A DNA stretch of 64,000 nucleotides. It comes from Octopus sinensis. Taxonomy: Eukaryota. The notes beneath the pieces are model-generated. The model ran no database searches. It was given only the letters and a program-made list of their open reading frames with translations, and was not told the origin of the DNA. The position numbers and the translations under genes are program-made. This document shows positions 13,190 to 27,948 of the stretch, in pieces; positions within the stretch are counted from its first letter, which is position 1; each line of letters starts with the position of its first letter. Where the stretch lies: positions 44,144,001 to 44,208,000 of the forward strand of contig NC_043002.1 in assembly GCF_006345805.1 (NCBI RefSeq). Reading direction: 5' to 3'.

Positions 13190-16100
13190 GAGGAAGAGAA
13201 GGATGCTGAGAGAGAGAGAGAGGAGGAAGAGGAAGAGGAGGGCTCTGAGAGAGAGAGAGAGAGAGAGAGAAAGAACAAAGATCTATGAATCATAGGTGCA
13301 CAATGAAAATTTTTCATTTCTCTAGAACAACCGGTGGGATACTCGGAACGATTTACATGGGTTGCATTACATTTATAAATGAGTCCGTAGCTGTGTGGTA
13401 AGAAGCTTACTTCCCAGCCATGTGGTTCCGGATTCAGTTCCACTGCGTGGCACCTTAGACAGGTGTCTTCTGCTATTGCCGCGGAACGACCAAAGCCTTG
13501 TGAGAGGAATTGGTAGATGGAAACTGAAAGAAGCCCGTTGTATATATATATATTTATATAACAAATAATATTGGTGGCTCATTAACAATTTGACAAACTA
13601 AAACCAAATTTGTAGGCATCACTAAAGTGATAGAGGATACTGAATAGTGCCAGCATGGCTAGAAATAAGAGTCAAAACAACTCAATAGTCGTACTTTGTG
13701 GTCTTCGTCACTGTTTACAATTATCTTTAAAAAAATCTTTTAACTTGTCATATAAATGTAATTTTTGCCGCTGAATCTAAATTTGTTATTTATTTATTCT
13801 AGAAGAATTTTGCAAAAACGTTACAGGTGTTCAAAGTTTGATAATTTTCAGAATTTTCAGCCGATCAGAAAACAGCGCATTCGCTGCCTCTTCCATCATC
13901 GGGTGTGGGGCATCGGCATTTCAACACATTAAACTAGTTCGCGAGCAAATTGAATATTTAAAAGATACGAACAAACCAACAGGAGTTGCTAGAAATAACA
14001 GTTAAAACGTTAAATATACAAGGGTAAAATTAACATTAAAACATTCGCAAGCAAATTAAATATTTAAAAGCTACGAACAAACAACCAACAAGAGCTGCTA
14101 GAATTTTATTAGTTAAAAAAATTCAAGAACAAATGCTTGCAATACAAAAAAATATCTTTCTTGTATCTCCTTCTCCACATTAATTCACAAAGATAAGAGT
14201 CAACCATGGCCAGGTACTTTCAATTTGTTGAGTGAGAGTTCCACTTGTTATGAAAACAAACAATTATAGAAGTGGTATTTACAATACTTCTCCACGGTGA
14301 TGTCGAAAAAACTCGCCTCTGATTGGCTAAATACCCAAATTTTGCAAATTGTAAAGGCTAATAACTTTTTAATTATGAATTCATAGGAAAAATGAATTCC
14401 ATTTTCATAATTAGTATACAAAACTTAATCCATATACCAAATTTGAAAACAACCGGAACCAAATTGTAAACACGAAAGCCACAAAGACCCCTGCTTTCCT
14501 CTAACAAGTTTACTTCCATTCTCTCGTATTATCCATGTTCTGCAGTATGAATAGAAGGCGTGTTGTCAACAAAATGTGTTCCTCCCTTGAAATGTCTTCT
14601 ACATTTGAAAGCACATTGTAAGTGAAAGCTGATTCACATGACTTATACCAGCATATAGTCTAACAGAAGGCTGTAATATTTGGCTTCTTTAGCTCGGTTT
14701 AAAATATTTTCCTGAACAGCATTTCCCAGTAGATCGATATTTCATTCTAAACATTTTCCCCACCATAATGAATGAAAGTGATTACTTTAGACACAACCCG
14801 ACGTAAATGTTTGTTCATTGTCAGATCAAATTTTCCAAATAGCGAAAAATGTTCTACAAATATCTGATGTAAAATTTAAATGATGTGTTTGAAGTTCCCC
14901 TGAAAGCCAAACTCTTGTTAGCTAAGTACAGAGATGTTTATTAAACATTCGAAAACTTTATAGCAATGATCTCATTTTTCCGTCATGAATGCGTCACCTT
15001 ATCAATATAGTTCAATAGGTCTGCAATGAGAATGTCTTAAACCACATCTTAAAACATTTAGAAGATGTATGCATTTCTCGTGTAGCTGTAAATATCAATG
15101 AACATTTTTCGAGTTATGTATTCCAAATTTTCCTTAACAAATGTTTTTTTCTTAAAAGCTAAAAAAAAATGTACAAAGCAGTAAATTTAATGATCTCTTT
15201 CGGGATAAAGTTCCCTCAAAGATAACTTCCACTGTTGGTGATTTTCCTATACATTATGGTCTCATAGAAACTACATTTCATTGCATTTTTTGAAAAACTA
15301 CACAAATGGGATGTGTTTCATTCGTAATAATGTGATCGGTATCTACAAGTGATAATTCATCTGACCAGTGTGCTGGATCAAATTAGTTCACATAGTTGAC
15401 ATTAGTTTTGGGGTGGTTTTTAAATTTCCTTTCGAAATTCTCAAACTTTCCAACTGTCATTGCATTTTTTGAAAAACTACACAAGTCTACCGTGTTCTTT
15501 TCACTTATGCATGAAATCAATCACATTTTCTTCAGTACGTACAATATTTTCAGACTGTTTAATAAAGAAAAAACAGAAATGATAAATCTGAAGAGATAAA
15601 TGTTGCTAAAAACAACAAACACGTTGATGTCCTGCATCGATTCCAAGTCAGTTTGATCCTTTATAGAATGATATGACATCACTAATGTTAATGTAATCAC
15701 ATAAGTAACTGTTCTTACTATAAGTCTTGGGATTAAGTAAGTCTCATAGCGTTGGATATCTCATGGTTGCTGTTGCTAATAAAAAGGAACGGACTTTTAC
15801 AAGTATTTGTGACTCTATAGTTTTTATACCCATCCCTTTTCTATCCTGACTAGTTATTACTTTCTACAGTTATTCGGAATACTTGCCAGAAAATGAGTGT
15901 AAGGAACGTGTCACCTAAAAAGCTTTTTTACTGAATTTCATTTTAAAATCGTTTCTGCTTTCACTACTAATATTCGAGATGTTTCAATATACGGAAATTG
16001 AAACATCTGAGTACACTTTGTGTTGTATCTGTTGCACGATTTTTACCTGTGAACTGCTGCGTAAAACTATTTGGGAGTACAGATTAGAAATCGACAAAGC

Positions 16101-17785
16101 CGATAAAATATTAATATGCAGCTGTTTTTCACATTAGTTTCAAAGTCGTACCTTATGAATAAGTCATGACTCTGAATGAGTACTATTTTATAAAAATTAT
16201 ACGTGGTGAAATTTCATTCGAAATTCAATATAAGAACACAAAATTTATGCCATAACAAAGTTGAGCCGGTAAATACATGTAGTATTTTCAAGAGAAACAT
16301 TACGTAGTATTTTCAAGGGAAACACCACTGACATAGAAACAAATTTTTCTTTAATATAGTTATAAAAATATGAATAAGCAAACCACAATGGAAAATTGTA
16401 TTTTATCCTCAGTGTTATTGGCAAGATTGAGTTACAAGCATATTTTAGAGTTCCAAATCTTACTTTAGTTTTTATATTAAGTTTTGCGACAATTCATACT
16501 ATGAAAAGTATTTGCAAATGAAGTGGAAAATCAATATGTTTTAAATTTGCTCGATTTGCTTTTAACAAAAATGAGTTATCGTTATCTTTGTGTTCTATTT
16601 TTAAGTTTAAACAAGCATAAAAACGCAAATGCTTTTTTAGGTAAATGGAATTCACTTCACTTTTAAAGAACTCTAATATTTCAATCAGCAAATAAACGGA
16701 CTTGGAATCTTTACACTCATTTAATTTCGGCCATTACATAAAAATTACAAAAATTCTTAAATCAATTTGTAAATTTAGCTGATATAAATTTTTCGGATCT
16801 ATTTTATCTTTAGATATGATTAGGAAAGAAACATACTTGCATTAAATGCTTAAGTTTATTTTATTTTGTAACCAGTAAATTCTATTCTATTAGGATACGT
16901 CTACATAGAGGACAAATATATGCATTATGTGCTTGCACCAGTTCCTGGTTTTAATCCATTCTGAAACCTTGAACATACTTTAAACTAGTTATACGAGGCC
17001 ATGTTGAAAAGTCATTAGCTTTGGGTAAAAGAAAATACAGGAGGGTCAGTTAATTACGATTTTATTGAACATATTCTCTTCTGAGATTCACACATTGCAG
17101 TGGTCCTTCAGATTTTCTAAGCCCAGTATAAGAACTCGGAAGATTGGGCTTCCAACCAGGCTTTTCGTGACATCTTTAAAACCAGGAACTTTTCAGCATC
17201 CACTTGTAGTATTTGTTGATGATCAGAGATGAAATCGATGGAAATGTCGAAGTAAAAATTGAAATATTTTGAGATAAAAATTCCGTAAAATTACAATCTA
17301 AACTTCGAGGGTATTTAAGAGATTAATTATTAAAAGAATAAATTCAACGTATTATTTGAATTTATATCGAATTAGCATCCGTTTAATCTATATAATGATA
17401 TATAATTACATCATAATATATATATATACATATCATAATATATATTATATATATAAGTCATTTAAGCTTAAATTTTATATGTATATATCACGTGACCGAC
17501 CAGGCTATCAGATGTTGCTACATATCGCTGGTCAAAATGCGATTCGCATTGATTTAGCCTTCAAATGACGCCACCCCGCTAGCTAAGCGAGCAGGCCAAC
17601 AGAAAAAAGAGTGAGAGAAAGTTGTGGCGAAAGAGTACAGCAGGGATCGCCACCAACCCCTGCCGGAGCCTCGTGGAGCTATAGGTGTTTTCGCTCAATA
17701 AACACTCACAACGCCTGGTCTGGGAATCGAAGCCGCGATCCTATGACCGTGAGTCCGCTGCCCTAACCACTGGGCCATTGCGTCT

Positions 17786-17827
<42 letters not shown>

Positions 17828-20427
17828 TATAGTTTCATTTAAATTTCTATGTATAGGGAAAGTATTTGCTTAGCGGTATATACAAGATTCTAAATAATTT
17901 TATGCGTATTCATTTTAAGCAAATAACATGAGTATTTCACCAGAACTCATTAAACATAAGCGAAATTATCCGCACATCTGATGTTTTACTAATATTTAAG
18001 CTTAAATTTTATCCTTTACAGCTCCAAAAGCGAAGTGGGGACCTACGATTCTCAACGATTTCATACTTGTTAATCCGTCCCCGCCAATGCTTGGTCACAA
18101 TGTTCGACTTGAATGTTTCGCAGTGGGGTCTCAAACAGATGCGTATGTATTTAAATTTGCGATCGTTTAAAAAAGTTTTAACTTTTTATTTTCGTTTTAT
18201 CATTCGTACAACGTATAATAGGTTTTAATTTTATGATTTGTGAATAATTAGTATAAAATTCTTAAATAACAAACGGCAGGGCCAAATTTTCAAATGTAAT
18301 AGACGCATGATTTCTAAGAAGTAATCTTATACATTAAAGATTTAAATTTAGTACTTAGGTTAGACGTCATATTAAAATATACATTTCTTTATATCATTAT
18401 ACACGTTATTGGATAACATGTTTAAATAATAACATGTATCAATTTACATGGATAATTGAAACAGTATTTCAATTATTTTAATGTAAATTAGAAGCATCCA
18501 TTTATGAATTATTGATCTTCGCTTACAATGTGATAATTAAATAACATTATAAAATCTCTACATTTATGACAAGGTTAATAGTTGGTTTGGAAAATAATGC
18601 GTTTGACTAACAGTCTAATTTAATTTATTCTTCAGACGTTCTGATTTCGATATCCATTGAAATCAGTTACTGCTTTTTGTTTCATTAGTTTTAATAATAT
18701 ATGAACCAGATATATGCTATAAGCATTTCGGTTAATTAACTATACACTGGCGTTGTGACCTGTTAGGAAAAATTATCAAATGTAAGAAAAAAGAATTATA
18801 TTTAGAATTTATTTTTTCCTTTTATACAGCGAGCCAATGACATATGACTGGAGGAAAATAGATGGTGAACTGGCAAACAATATTAAATTTTCGGATTTGA
18901 ATAGAGTTTTGACGATAGAAAATTCTCGATTTGAAAATGAAGGTGTATACCGCTGTATCGTTATGCGAGGTAAATCAGGAAGAGATGAAAAAGATTTTGC
19001 ACTATTACTTTCTGGTAAGTAAAATAATTTATTTTAAACTTTTTTTATCTGCTTCTTTACGACAGTCTGAGATGGGTCTCTAATATTTTGTTACATTCTA
19101 TTGTTATCTCTTTCCTATTTAGACTTAGCACCGTATGATATATTAATTACCGATTTAGGTTAAAATACACATTAGTTGAATTTTTTTAGTACTAAGTGTA
19201 TGCTGTTTGATTTAGTATACTTCATGTTTATAAAAGAAATTATGTTCAACATTCGCAGACAATTTAACTGTGAACGAAAAGCGTGTGTTCATACCTCATA
19301 CTGACCTTATATACAAGTGGGGCTAACATAGTTCAGATTTAGTAAGAATGTCATACTGTCAATATTTCCACCAAAAAATATAATCAGATAATTCAAGAAG
19401 ACTGCAAATTCCGAGAGAAGTGATAGTTTTATGCCGTAAGAAAGAAGAATAGAAATTGATGCATTCAAAAGGGAACATAACACCACGATGTGGTATGTCG
19501 GCGAGTGAATATCTGCATATCAGCCAGACCTGGAATTTTGTTTTACCTAAAAGTACAGAATTCATAATGTTACGTGTATACTGTGTGAAGTGCGTGTATC
19601 TTTGTAGTGCCACTACCTTGTGTTCCTATATATGTAACAGTACACAATTGTACTCTCTTGTACTATTGGCTTTGAAAATGTGTTTATGTAGTCTTGTATT
19701 TGAGGATTTTAGACGTTCTGTACTGTTCAGGAAAAAATATGGTATTGTGTATTTCATTTATATATATATATATATGGTTTGCCAAAAAGTACGTCGAAAC
19801 AATGCATTGTCCAAAGATGATTAGGGTAAATGTTTTTTAATTTTCCTTTGATTTCTGAATTACTACTATTTAGCGGTTTGAGTTTGGCTGCTCTTTCTAG
19901 TGAGTCGAATGGCCTATCAGGGCCATTCCTTAATATTGTTGAAATTATATATATATAGTCTGTGACTATTTTCTCTTTCTCACTGGACCGCTGGTGGCGA
20001 AAAGAATTTCTATTGAATTTTTTGCTACCCTTATGTTGATTAATTAATGATTTTTTGACTAATTCTGAAATTAAATCAGCAGTTTATATTTGCTGCTGAT
20101 AAGTTGGCGCGATTATTATAGATTTTGAAAATTTAGAGTATATATTCCCGAGGCATCGATGCTGCTGCCTCGTGGAATATTCATTCCTCCTGGCTTCTTT
20201 GCCGATGAGACGAGCCAGTGGTAAATTAACTTGATTAAATTAAATTAAATTTAATTAGGCTGGTTTGCCAAAAACTACGTCGAAACAATGCGTTCTCCAA
20301 AGATGATTAGGGTAAATGTTTTTTAATTTTCCTTTGATTTCTGAATTACTACTATTTAGCGGCTTGAGTTTGGCTGCTCTTTCTAGTGAGTCGAATGGCC
20401 TATCAGGGCCATTCCTTAATATTGTTG

Positions 20428-20469
<42 letters not shown>

Positions 20470-23400
20470 CGACCAGGCTATTGATGTTGCTACACATCGC
20501 TGGTCACAATTAGCTTCGCATTGTTTTAGCCTTCAAACGACGCCACCCCGCTGGCTAAGCGAGCAGGCCAACAGAAGAAAGAGTGAGAGAAAGTTGTGGC
20601 GAAAGAGTACAGCAGGGATCGTCACCACCCCCTACCGGAGCCTCGTGGAGCTTTAGATGTTTTCGCTCAATAAACACTGACATCGCCCGGTCTGGGAATT
20701 GAAACCGCGATCCTACGACCGCGAGTCCGCTGCCCTAACCACTACGCCATTGTGCCTCACACACACACACACACATATATATATGTATGTATATATATAT
20801 ATATCATGATTTGTTCTGTTGGATGAGACTGCATCGTGTTGAAAATCACAATAGTTGTGAAGCCAACTTCAGCTCTGACAGTGCAGTTTCGTGGTACACA
20901 GACTATCGGTTGAACAACTTAGCTTGGTCCACAGTTACATCGTGTCTCTATCTCGCACAAATCCATACAGCACACTTCAATACAAGAGGCATTTACCTAT
21001 GGAAATAGTACATTGCAAGTATAAAGTGTAAAGGTTAGGTGTGGACGACACTTCTGTTCGAATGGTTACAAAGGAGTAAAGAATGTATTGTTTGCATTCA
21101 AATAAATGCAATTAGTTATACTCATATATATCTTTGATGTAAAGAAGACACGTAACTAAAATTAGTAGCCAACTAGAGCTGATACAATATCTGAGAAAAA
21201 AAAATCACGTACAAACTATAGGATAATATTCAACAAATCTTGCAGCCAAAATGTGTAGAAATCTTTGCATTGAAACAGTAAAACTCTTTATAGATATCAA
21301 AGAAGAAAAAGATTGCTATCGGCAACGTAGTTGGAGACTATTGAAAACCACCGGGAGCCTGTGAGGTCGTTTAAATATTAATGTCGTTATACATGAATGT
21401 TTTTTCTATGTATAACATATTAAAAGTGCCAGTGATAAGTAGGTTATTGAAGAGGGAAAAAGGAAGTATCCCTCAATGATAGCAAGCATTGCTGTTTACA
21501 AGTTTTATAAGTTTGAGTAGCCTGATAAGAATGGAAATCTCTCACGAAAAAATGAAATCTAGTAGAAGAAACACCAGCGATACAATTCGTTTTCCTGACT
21601 GAAGTAAGAAAAGATTTATGCTCATTAAGCAGTTGTAGGCAAGTTGGGGCTATCTCTGTACTAGCGGCAATATTTTATGTGTATGATAAATAGAACTGTA
21701 AAGAAAAGGATGATAAATCTTTTTTCAGGAGATGAGGACAGATTCATTATTTACAGACACATCTTTCCTCGTGAGAATTGAGAATAGAAAATCTCTATAG
21801 AAATGATAGTGATAACTTTAAAAAGTCACTCATCAACACTTTGGAAGATAAAAGTGGTTGTGGCGTAGTCGTTGGAATACCCATATTTATTTTTCGATGA
21901 ATGTCTTATATGAATTAAGACTGTGTATGGCTGTCTCATAATTGGTAAAAGTGAATGCATTTCTCGTCCAAATACAACTTGCGAACCATTTTTAATGTTG
22001 TTGCTCATTCATTCCATGATGGGTGAATGTGTAATAAGTGACAATGTAAACTTTTATTTTAGATGTAATAAACTATATTCATGTATGTATCGAAAGTTAA
22101 AGTGATGATCACGAGCACAGGGACTCGAGTGCGGGCATTCAAAGATAGTAAAAATATTTGGTTTCACTGCCAGTATGTCAGCATGAAGTGTAGTTAAAAG
22201 AGTTAACAAGAATGATGGTCTAGAATGATGAGTGGTAATAAAATGCTTCCCATACGGGATTAGATTTAATCGATCTTTCGGGAATTATTGAACGTTACTT
22301 TGGAGGTATATACCAAATACATTTTCACTGGGTTTTTTTTCAGTCTTAAATTTATTGAGTATGTTAAATACATGAGAGTGTTATAAATATTTCTCATGGT
22401 TATACAGTCTCGCCGGGAATCATCATCATTGTTCGACCGTGGTCGAGACAATGGAATTTATCATGCTACGCCAGACTTCACGGTCCATCATAGCATTACG
22501 GAGTCTTGTAGCTGGATGCCTGTATCCCTGGAGATTACATCAGGGTAGGAGAGTGTGCGCCCTCTGGTATCGCGAGTAGATGGCTTCCAGAGGAGAAGAT
22601 GAGAAATTGCCTCGTTTTCAGCTCTACAACAATGTCCAGCAAACTGGACTCTCCTACCTTTCACAAGAGATGACACAGGTGGTAGTTTCCCATATATTTG
22701 CATTTTGGTTGGATGACGCTTCCACGAGAGATTTTGAGCTCTCATAAGGAGGCGAGTGTAGGTTCCATCCAACCACCTCTCAAGCTTCTTTGATAACGTC
22801 TAGGTTTCTGAGCCATATAGTAGAATTGATTCGACTGTACTATTCGCCAGGAATAGTAAAAAAAAGGATCGACTGTACGATTATTTCGAGTGTCTTTCTA
22901 CTGTCAATGACAACCACTTACCCTACATTAAATGCCACAGTAAAATTGTATTTAAAACCACTGTTGATAAGCTTACAACTAAGTCACGTTCTTTTGATCC
23001 ACACATAACGCGCACATACAGACTGTTAGTTCTTTTTATGTAGGATTGCTAGAAATTAGAAGAATTATGGAAACGATAGGCATATCAAATGAAGAGTAAT
23101 TTATAGTGATTGTTAATAATATTTAGATGATAAATATGAATTTAGGAGAGAATGTAATCAAATTAAGCGCAAATAACAAAACAGTTCGGAAAGGAAGTTA
23201 TATTAGAAACCGATTTCATTGAAATATAAACCACTTGACTTACATTATTTTTTTCACTCTCAACAATTTTATAACTCTATTAGCTCGTACTACTGTTGCT
23301 TACAGTTTATATATCAGTGACACATTCTCTGAATGCTGGGAAAGGTAACACAACAGGAGCTTATCAAACACTAAAATTGTGCATTTGCTTACAATATGCA

Positions 23401-25132
23401 TTATGTTTTCAATAATTACCATTGCTAAAGCAACCTTGTTCTCTATACAGTTTGAAACAAACATAAATCACTTAGCATGAACAGATTCACTGCTGTTCAG
23501 CTGTAAGAATTTAATCGAAATATTTTTAGTAGTAATTCTCTACATATGAGATAGTTTGAATCAATATTTTTCATAAGTCTTCTCATAAGAATTCACTTTT
23601 TGTCTAGCACACAGAGCCTAAGAACAAATGTTACATATATACTAGGGATATTCAAATATCTAAATTGATACAAAATGTTTTCTCATTTTAAATCCATAGG
23701 AATTTGCTTGAAGTTTGAACTTGTATGAATGTTTGCAGCAAATGTCACTTTTACTATGAATTTTAATTAACTTCCCAAATGCTGAATAAATCAATTTCTA
23801 AGCCATAAGGTTAGGATTTAGTTTTGCTATACATACACATCCTACATAATATTTTAATACATATAACATATGATCAGAGATCTGACCACAGGAGATTTGC
23901 TACTAATAGTCTTGTATCAGTACTATGTGTGCACGGTCTGGCGGTCAACGACTAATCAACAAAACCAGCATGTTTATCTAATAGGAATGGGATTTTTGGA
24001 CACTCCATAGGATAAGAAGAAACTACCATAAAAGAGTGGATGAACGCAAGAGAATTGAAGATCATTCATTGCCAACTATAAGTTCAATACAATCACCCCA
24101 TACCAGCGGAGACACGTCGCAATGTGAATAGTTATATGCAAACAACTAAAGTTATAGAATCAATGTCTTGATCTCTTCCTGCAATGCTGTATATACTACA
24201 TCTCACTGCGAAAATGTTATTAGTAATGTAAAACTTGTTAAAACTTTAAAAACTTTGAAAAACGTTTGCAAGTAACGCTATGAAATAATGTTCATAAAGG
24301 TAAATTATAACGGATCAACATCCGTTTGGGATACCAAGGATCATGCCGAAGGTTTCCAATATCGAGCAGCAGAGAGAAATACTCAAGCAAACAAACTATC
24401 ATGAATTTTCTGGGCCAATGAAGTGTTAGAATATTGCAAGCCTGGGGAGAGATTGGGCGACCAGAGAGATGCACTGCTCTTAGAGTCGATATAGCTAATA
24501 TTTAGAACCCTTAGACGGGATATAGGAATGGATACGATGCATTATGAAGGATTTTTCGACACGCTGTTTTCGGTTTCGGAGAGATCCGCACAAGTATATT
24601 TCTCAACAGATTGAATGAAAAAGTTTCAGTAGTTCGATTTGAAACTGAATGTAGGCTTAGAAGAGGTAAATGCGCCATAGATAAAGTGATTTTTCTCTGG
24701 TAGATCCAAGAAAAACTTAATGAAACAGAACAGAAATCTGCATACAATCTTCGTTAGGTCATTCAACACAGTAAGCCGGTCAGGGTTATGGTAGATGATC
24801 AAAAGGTTGGATATCCAGAAAAATCATACGTCTGTATTATGCACGGGTATAAATAATCATAATATCTGTGAGACTACACAAATGGATTCCCCTGTAATAC
24901 TCAAGCCAACTCAACGAGCTATATTTAAGTGACAAGACTGCATTTTTTACAGATATTACCCATCCAACGAGCTTTCACATATGTTCTGCCTCTCGACGTT
25001 TACTCGCAAGTCTTACATCGTCTCGGATCGATAATGCTATAAGGTACGATTAAACGAAGGATTCCATGATGAACAAGCATCATGGATACCCCACCATGCA
25101 CAAATACGAACACACACACACACACACACACA

Positions 25133-25163
<31 letters not shown>

Positions 25164-25164
25164 G

Positions 25165-25200
<36 letters not shown>

Positions 25201-27361
25201 TTCACTAGTTACAAGAGAAATGTGTGAAAGTGAAAAAGGGCAATGCTTTTAATGTAGTCTTCGTTAGCATTACGAACATATATTAAACCGGTCGGACCAG
25301 TGAAAGTATTCAGACAGTTTGGATGTCGGGAAAAGATGTTCACTCGTATGATGAAGTACTTACACGCTGGGGTGAGGGCTCTGTCCACGTAGATCAATAC
25401 CATATCTGCCCAGTTTGGTGTAACAGAGAAAGTTAACCAGTGGTACTCATAGCGCCAACGCTATTTTCATTTTTTTGATAGCAATACTCGACGAAATATT
25501 CCGCAATTCAACTAATGGTGTATACATACAGGCAATGGCTGATAGTAATTTATTCATGATTTCGCGCTTCAAAACTAGGGTAAACAAATATTGTAATGAT
25601 GGAAATGTTGTTACATGATGATTAAATCCTTGTCTCCCATCAATAGGGTTGAAGACATGGGAGCTTGGTGAACGCTTTGTTTTCAATGCAGCCACAAACA
25701 CTATTTATTAATGACCGAAAGATTGAAGAATATCATCACCCAGGTCCTGACTCGAGCCAGTTAGTGCAGCTTGCGCCCATCGTTATCGAAGAGTAAACAC
25801 TGCTAGAAGTAAACTAGTTTATCAATCTGAGTAGTACAACCAACAACGAAATAAGTTGTAGTATAAGCAAGGCCAGATCGGCATTCGGAAGGTTGAGAGA
25901 GCAACTGTGAAAAATGAAGAATGTTCCATGTTGCAGCCCGGCTGGATTATAATGTATGCCGAGCAATAAGAGGAGGTTTGCTTGATATATTTCATATAGG
26001 TGAGAAAAAATCTGCAACGATGACTTGAGTATGTCTAATTAATTGAGAATAATAACTGTCAAGACAAATAACTTTTAAACAGTAGCCCTGTAGTATGGCA
26101 AACAAGGGTAGATTCCAAATGCGATACAAAGGTACGACTAAACGTAATATGAGGCGAGTGATGACTAAAATCCGCATCTGGACTACAGCAGCCGGATAAA
26201 ATACCTGTGTATTCACTCCTGCTACTACAACTCGAAGCATCTCATAAGGGCAGTCATGTACAGTCAAAGCAAAGAAAATGATTATTATAATTTCAATAGA
26301 ATCTAGAACTATTTTAAGTTTTGAAACAATAAAGCATTTTCATTTTACTGTGTGATATTGAATCTTTATATTATCATCAGTCAAATTCATAATATTATCA
26401 TCAGTCAAATTCATAATTTGTGGGAGAGTAGCATATACGATGTAATTCATTTCAATCTATGGCATTTTACTTTTTTCCCAGCAGACATAATTAATTTTAG
26501 ATATCATACTTGGACATTATTCCAGACATTTGTTCGTTTTGGGTATAGTCAGCAGCATCCATCCCTCTCTAGCATTCGTATTCATAAAGATTATTTTTTA
26601 GTATAAGGTAATACAAAAATTATTTGATCTAATGTAGTTGGTAAGCAATCTACTTACCATACAGCCACTCCTACGCTTGATGGTGATTTTCTCAATGCTA
26701 CAATTTAAATGACGAAAACTTCAGTATTTACATACTGTGCAATGAAAGGAACAGCTACTAAATCTAGCAAATATTTGCAGGTTAAACCGAGTACGATGTA
26801 GAATTTGAGACTTTGATATATAATACATCAAATATTGAGCAACGAGCTGGCAGAATCGTGAGCATGCCGGACGAAATGCTTAGCAACATTTGGTCCGTCT
26901 TCATGTTCTGAGTTCAAATTCCACTGAGGTCGACTTTGCGTGTCAAACTTTCGGTGTCGATAAAATATGTATCAATTAAATACTGGAGTCGATGTGAGCA
27001 ACTTAACCACTGCCCGTAAAATGCTGGTCTTGTGCGAAATTTGAAACCGATATATATCCATGACTATTGAAAATGTTGCAAGACGCAACGAAAATTTTAG
27101 GAAAATAAAAATAAGGAATAAGTGGAAGTTTTACCGATGCGTGTGTTAAATTATAAGGCACAAAAAGAAAATGACTCTCCCCAGAAACATTAGAACAAAG
27201 AAGGAGTGGCTGTGTGGTAAGTAGCTTCCTTACCAACCACATGGTTCCGGGTTCAGTTCCACTGCGTGGCACCTTAGGCAAGTGTCTTCTACTATAGCCT
27301 CGGGCCGAACAGAGCCTTGTGAGTGGATTTGGTAGACGGAAACTGAAAGAAGCCCGTTGCT

Positions 27362-27404
<43 letters not shown>

Positions 27405-27802
27405 TCAATAATGAGGGTGAATAAAATTATAGATATTAATTCAATAATACCCTTATTTTAACACCGAGCGACCTAGCACAATAAACCGGGGATACAAATT
27501 CATATTTATCCGTAAATATAAGAGAGCTAACTTTGAATATGTTAACTCTAGTGCTAGAAATAGCTCCACCGGTAGTCGCCAACGATAATTCCACATATAA
27601 ATAGCACTACAATCAACGCAATGAAATTGAAATACAACTAAATAATGGATTAATGTTGTACAATTGTTTCCTCATCAACAAAATATGCAGATTATACTTG
27701 CATAATTGTCTATGATTCGTCAGCAACATTTGTCAATAGAATTAATCGTCGCCTGTATCGGTCTGATTAATTAACATATTCAAAGTTGGCTCTCTTATAT
27801 TT

Positions 27803-27890
<88 letters not shown>

Positions 27891-27902
27891 ATGTGTGTGC
27901 GC

Positions 27903-27948
<46 letters not shown>

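Noticed and set aside
15278-15484. 28-bp exact direct repeat at 179-bp spacing
   Set aside because: Only two copies, in or next to a hAT remnant; not a CRISPR-like array
18022-18030. Second in-frame AG 9 nt into the Ig3 exon (ctccaaaag)
   Set aside because: The upstream CAG has the better context; no evidence of use
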